Source: Schmidtea nova (taxonomy: Eukaryota). Taken from it: a stretch of DNA of 64,000 nt. The stretch spans positions 407,092,001-407,156,000 of the forward strand of contig CM097882.1 in NCBI GenBank assembly GCA_044892505.1, written 5' to 3'. Positions 60,675 through 64,000 of this stretch are shown here, piece after piece. Position numbers and translations under genes: made by a program. Under the pieces are notes generated by a model. That model saw only the letters and a program-made list of their open reading frames with translations, had not been told where the DNA came from and ran no database searches. The stretch's first letter is position 1; each line of letters begins with the position of its first letter.

Positions 60675-61740
60675 TTTGATCTGGATTTTTGAATACAATA
60701 TTTTGATCCGGTTATTTTTGTAAAGGAATTTTACTCTGGTTATTTTTGTAAAGGAATTTTACTCTGGTTATTTTGTATAGGATTTTATACTCCGAGATTT
60801 TCTAGGGCAAAAAGGAACTCTGGGTTTTTTGTACAGGAATTTTTGTATAGGATTTTTGATCTGGATTTTTGAATACAATATTTTGGTCTGGTATTTTTTG
60901 TATAGGATTTTTAGTCCTATTATTTTGAATAGGATTTTCAACTCCCATATTTTTCTCAGGCAAAAAGGGACTCTGGTAATTTTGAACTGTAATTTTATTG
61001 CTAAATAAAAGACACGTGTAAATTTTTTAAACAAGTAAATTATCGTTAAAGTATTTTGAATAGGATTTTCTACTCCCAGATATTTTCTAGGGTAAAAATA
61101 GACTCTGATAATTTTGAACTGAAATTTTAATGGTAAATAAAAAACACGTGTAAATTTTTTAAACAAGTAAATTATCATTAAAGTATTTTGAATAGGATTT
61201 TCTACTCCCATATATTTTCTAGGGCAAAAATAGACTCTGGTAATTTTGAACTGAAATATATATTTTAATGCTAAATAAAAGACACGTGTAAATTTTTTAA
61301 ACAAGTAAATTATCATTAAAGTATTTTGTATATGATTTTCAACTCCCAGATATTTTCTAGGACAAAAAATAGACTCTGATAATTTTGAACTGAAATTTTA
61401 TTGGTAAATAAAAAACACGTGTAAATTTTTTAAACTAGTAAAATACATTGAAATTATTTTGAATAGGATTTTCAATTCCCACATTTTTCTCGGGCAAAAA
61501 GGGACTCTGGGTTTTTTAAACATGAATTTTTGATCAGGATTTTTGATCTGGATTTTTGAATACAATATTTTGGTCTGATATTTTGTAGTGTTTTAAGTCT
61601 GGTTATTTTGTATAGGATTTTCTACTCCGAGATTTTTCTCGGGCAAAAAGGGACTCTGGTAATTTTGAATATGATTTTTGATCTTGATTTTGTATAGGAT
61701 TTTTAGTCTGGTATTTTTTAATATAATATTTTGGTCGGGG
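60675..61740 (+). repeat. Complex satellite with an approximately 120-bp core unit (about 4 copies)
   Basis: Recurrent GACTCTG(G/A)TAATTTTGAACTG...ACACGTGTAAATTTTTTAAAC. Confidence 0.85.
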
Positions 61741-61744
61741 AAAA

Positions 61745-62160
61745 TCAAAAAATTAAAAAGTGGTCAGAATTCAATAATTTTTATATCAATCTACTGAGAA
61801 TTGAAAGACAAACAATAATGGTCAAAAATTTAAAAACATGAAAAATTGATTTTTTCCGATCCAATTTTTACACGTAAAAGGTCAACTCGGGGAATTTCCA
61901 AAAATCAAAAATGATCAGAATCAAATAATTTTTATACCAATCTACTGAGAATCGAATGGCGAACAAAAAAGGAACAAAAAGTAAAAACATGAAAATTTTG
62001 ACTTTTCCGACTCAATTTTTACACGTAAAAAGGGTCAACTAGGGGAAATTCCAAAAATTAAAAAGTGGTCAGAATTCAATAATTTTTATATCAATCTACT
62101 GAGAATTGAAAAGCGATTAATAAAGGTCAAAAAATTAAAATCATGAAAAATCAAAATTTT
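61745..62160 (+). repeat. Approximately 155-bp tandem repeat, 2-3 copies
   Basis: AAAAGTGGTCAGAATTCAATAATTTTTATATCAATCTACTGAGAATTG recurs. Confidence 0.85.
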
Positions 62161-63720
62161 ATAAGGGAAATGACAGTCTCAGTAAAAAAGGGTAAAGTAC
62201 ATAAAAACGTAGAAATATTTAAAATAAAAATTTTTAAACTAAATAATTAAATCTAAATAAATTTATGATAATTAAATAAAAAAGTAAATAATTCACTCAT
62301 TATTTTGTATTGAATTTATCAAGTAAAATGGTACATTAAATAAAAGCATGGAAATAATAAGTAAATTAAAGTTAGAATTTTAAAATAATTTGTACTGGAT
62401 TTATGAAAAATGGCAAAGTAAATAAATTAAAGATAGAATTTTAAAAATAATTATGAATTTAATGATAAATAGAATTATAAGTAAATTAAGAATAAAAAAG
62501 TAAATTAAGAAAGACGTGAGTTTTAATGTCATAATTTTAAAATGAACTGGTTTTAAAGGAACTTTTTAAGGTAATATTTGAAAAATGTGAGAATAATTAA
62601 TTATTTTTGAAATTTTTTAAAGTAAAAATTTTTTAACAATAAAGTCAATGTAGAAATTTTTAACAATAAAATCAATGTAAAATTTTTTAATTAATAAATA
62701 CAAAGTAAATATTTTTTCGCAAGTAAATATTTTTCACAAGTAAAATTTTTAACTAATAAATACAAATCTAATTGTTTTTCAATATGATGTTTTTTAAGGA
62801 AATGATCAAATAACAACAAATAAATGTAGTAAATAAAACACATGTAAATATTGAATTTATTTAGAATAAAAATAGTTATTAAACAAGAGTTGTTACAATT
62901 TTGTATACTAAGTTAAAAAATATCGATTAATGACATAAATTTTTAAAAATAAACGTAATAATTNNNNNNNNNNNNNNNNNNNNNNNNNNNNNNNNNNNNN
63001 NNNNNNNNNNNNNNNNNNNNNNNNNNNNNNNNNNNNNNNNNNNNNNNNNNNNNNNNNNNNNNNNNNNNNNNNNNNNNNNNNNNNNNNNNNNNNNNNNNNN
63101 NNNNNNNNNNNNNNNNNNNNNNNNNNNNNNNNNNNNNNNNNNNNNNNNNNNNNNNNNNNNNNNNNNNNNNNNNNNNNNNNNNNNNNNNNNNNNNNNNNNN
63201 NNNNNNNNNNNNNNNNNNNNNNNNNCTAAGTACCAACAATAAACCGATCAACTAACTAATAATCTCATTACACACACAAATAAACCACTGACTAGTAACT
63301 GATCAAATGTCAACTGACTCTATCCACAAATCAACAATCGACTAGTTACTTACAAGTTACCAACTGACTCTATATATTAACCAACTATGAAATTGTTCCA
63401 TGTGTCAATCACTTCCTATTGCCTATATATAAAATAATCCAATCCCCTTAGTTAAAAATAGTACAATTCCTTACTTACTAACTTTATCTATACTAACCAA
63501 CTAACTAACTATATATACTAACCAGCAACCAATACCTTACTAACCAACAATACATCAACCAACCAACTACACTAACCAACTAACTAACTAAACACTCTAA
63601 CTATCAACCAATTCCTTACTTCCCAACTAACTCTTCTCATTAACCAACTAGTTCTATACTAATCCTATACTAACCAACCAACCACTCACTCTTTACACAC
63701 TAACCATCAACTAATCTCTT

Positions 63721-64000
63721 ACTAACCAACTAGTTCTATACATCAACCAACTAACTCTTCACATTAACCAAGTAACTAACTAACTATACATACTAACCAG
63801 CAACCACTTCCTTACTAACCAATTAGTTCTATACATCAACCAACTACCTCTTCACATTAACCAAGTAACTAACTAACTATACATACTAACCAGCAGCCAC
63901 TTCCTTACTAACCAACTAGTTCTATACATCAACCAACTAACTCTTCACATTAACCAAGTAACTAACTAACTATACATACTAACCAGCAACCACTTCCTTA
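63721..64000 (+). repeat. 93-bp tandem repeat, 3 copies (ACTAAC-rich), continuing past the window end
   Basis: Units start at 63721, 63814 and 63907; degenerate versions extend back to about 63480. Confidence 0.95.

Noticed and set aside
63480-64000. True telomeric repeat
   Set aside because: No uninterrupted TTAGG or TTAGGG array; it is a 93-bp higher-order unit.

Overview
AT-rich, repeat-dense eukaryotic (probably invertebrate) scaffold with nine N-gaps and no prokaryotic features. Almost all recognisable coding sequence is decayed mobile DNA. (1) The right end of a Polinton/Maverick (adintovirus-like) element at 1-5005 carries a frameshifted pPolB and a terminal region packed with AP-1/CRE sites. 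(2) A second, related Polinton with both ends (32268-44606, AGTAG termini, 6-bp TSD CTCAGA) is inserted into the ORF of a Penelope-like retroelement. It carries integrase, packaging ATPase, penton, major capsid, adenain-type protease and a gag-fused pPolB remnant, plus a divergent accessory cassette: a TBP-like gene, a spliced Cys/acidic gene, a possible OB-fold gene and a Cys-rich membrane protein. Several of its genes, including the integrase, contain 40-52 nt GT-AG introns. (3) There are remnants of pogo/Tigger, mariner, hAT, piggyBac-type MITEs and Gypsy, plus satellites. (4) Two unnamed dispersed families recur: an apparently inactive REXO4/ISG20-like exonuclease gene (3 copies) and a coiled-coil/basic ORF module (at least 6 copies) that usually ends in a purine tract plus a tiny TGTTGG...CCAACA unit. 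Family assignments come from remembered motifs; no database search was run.
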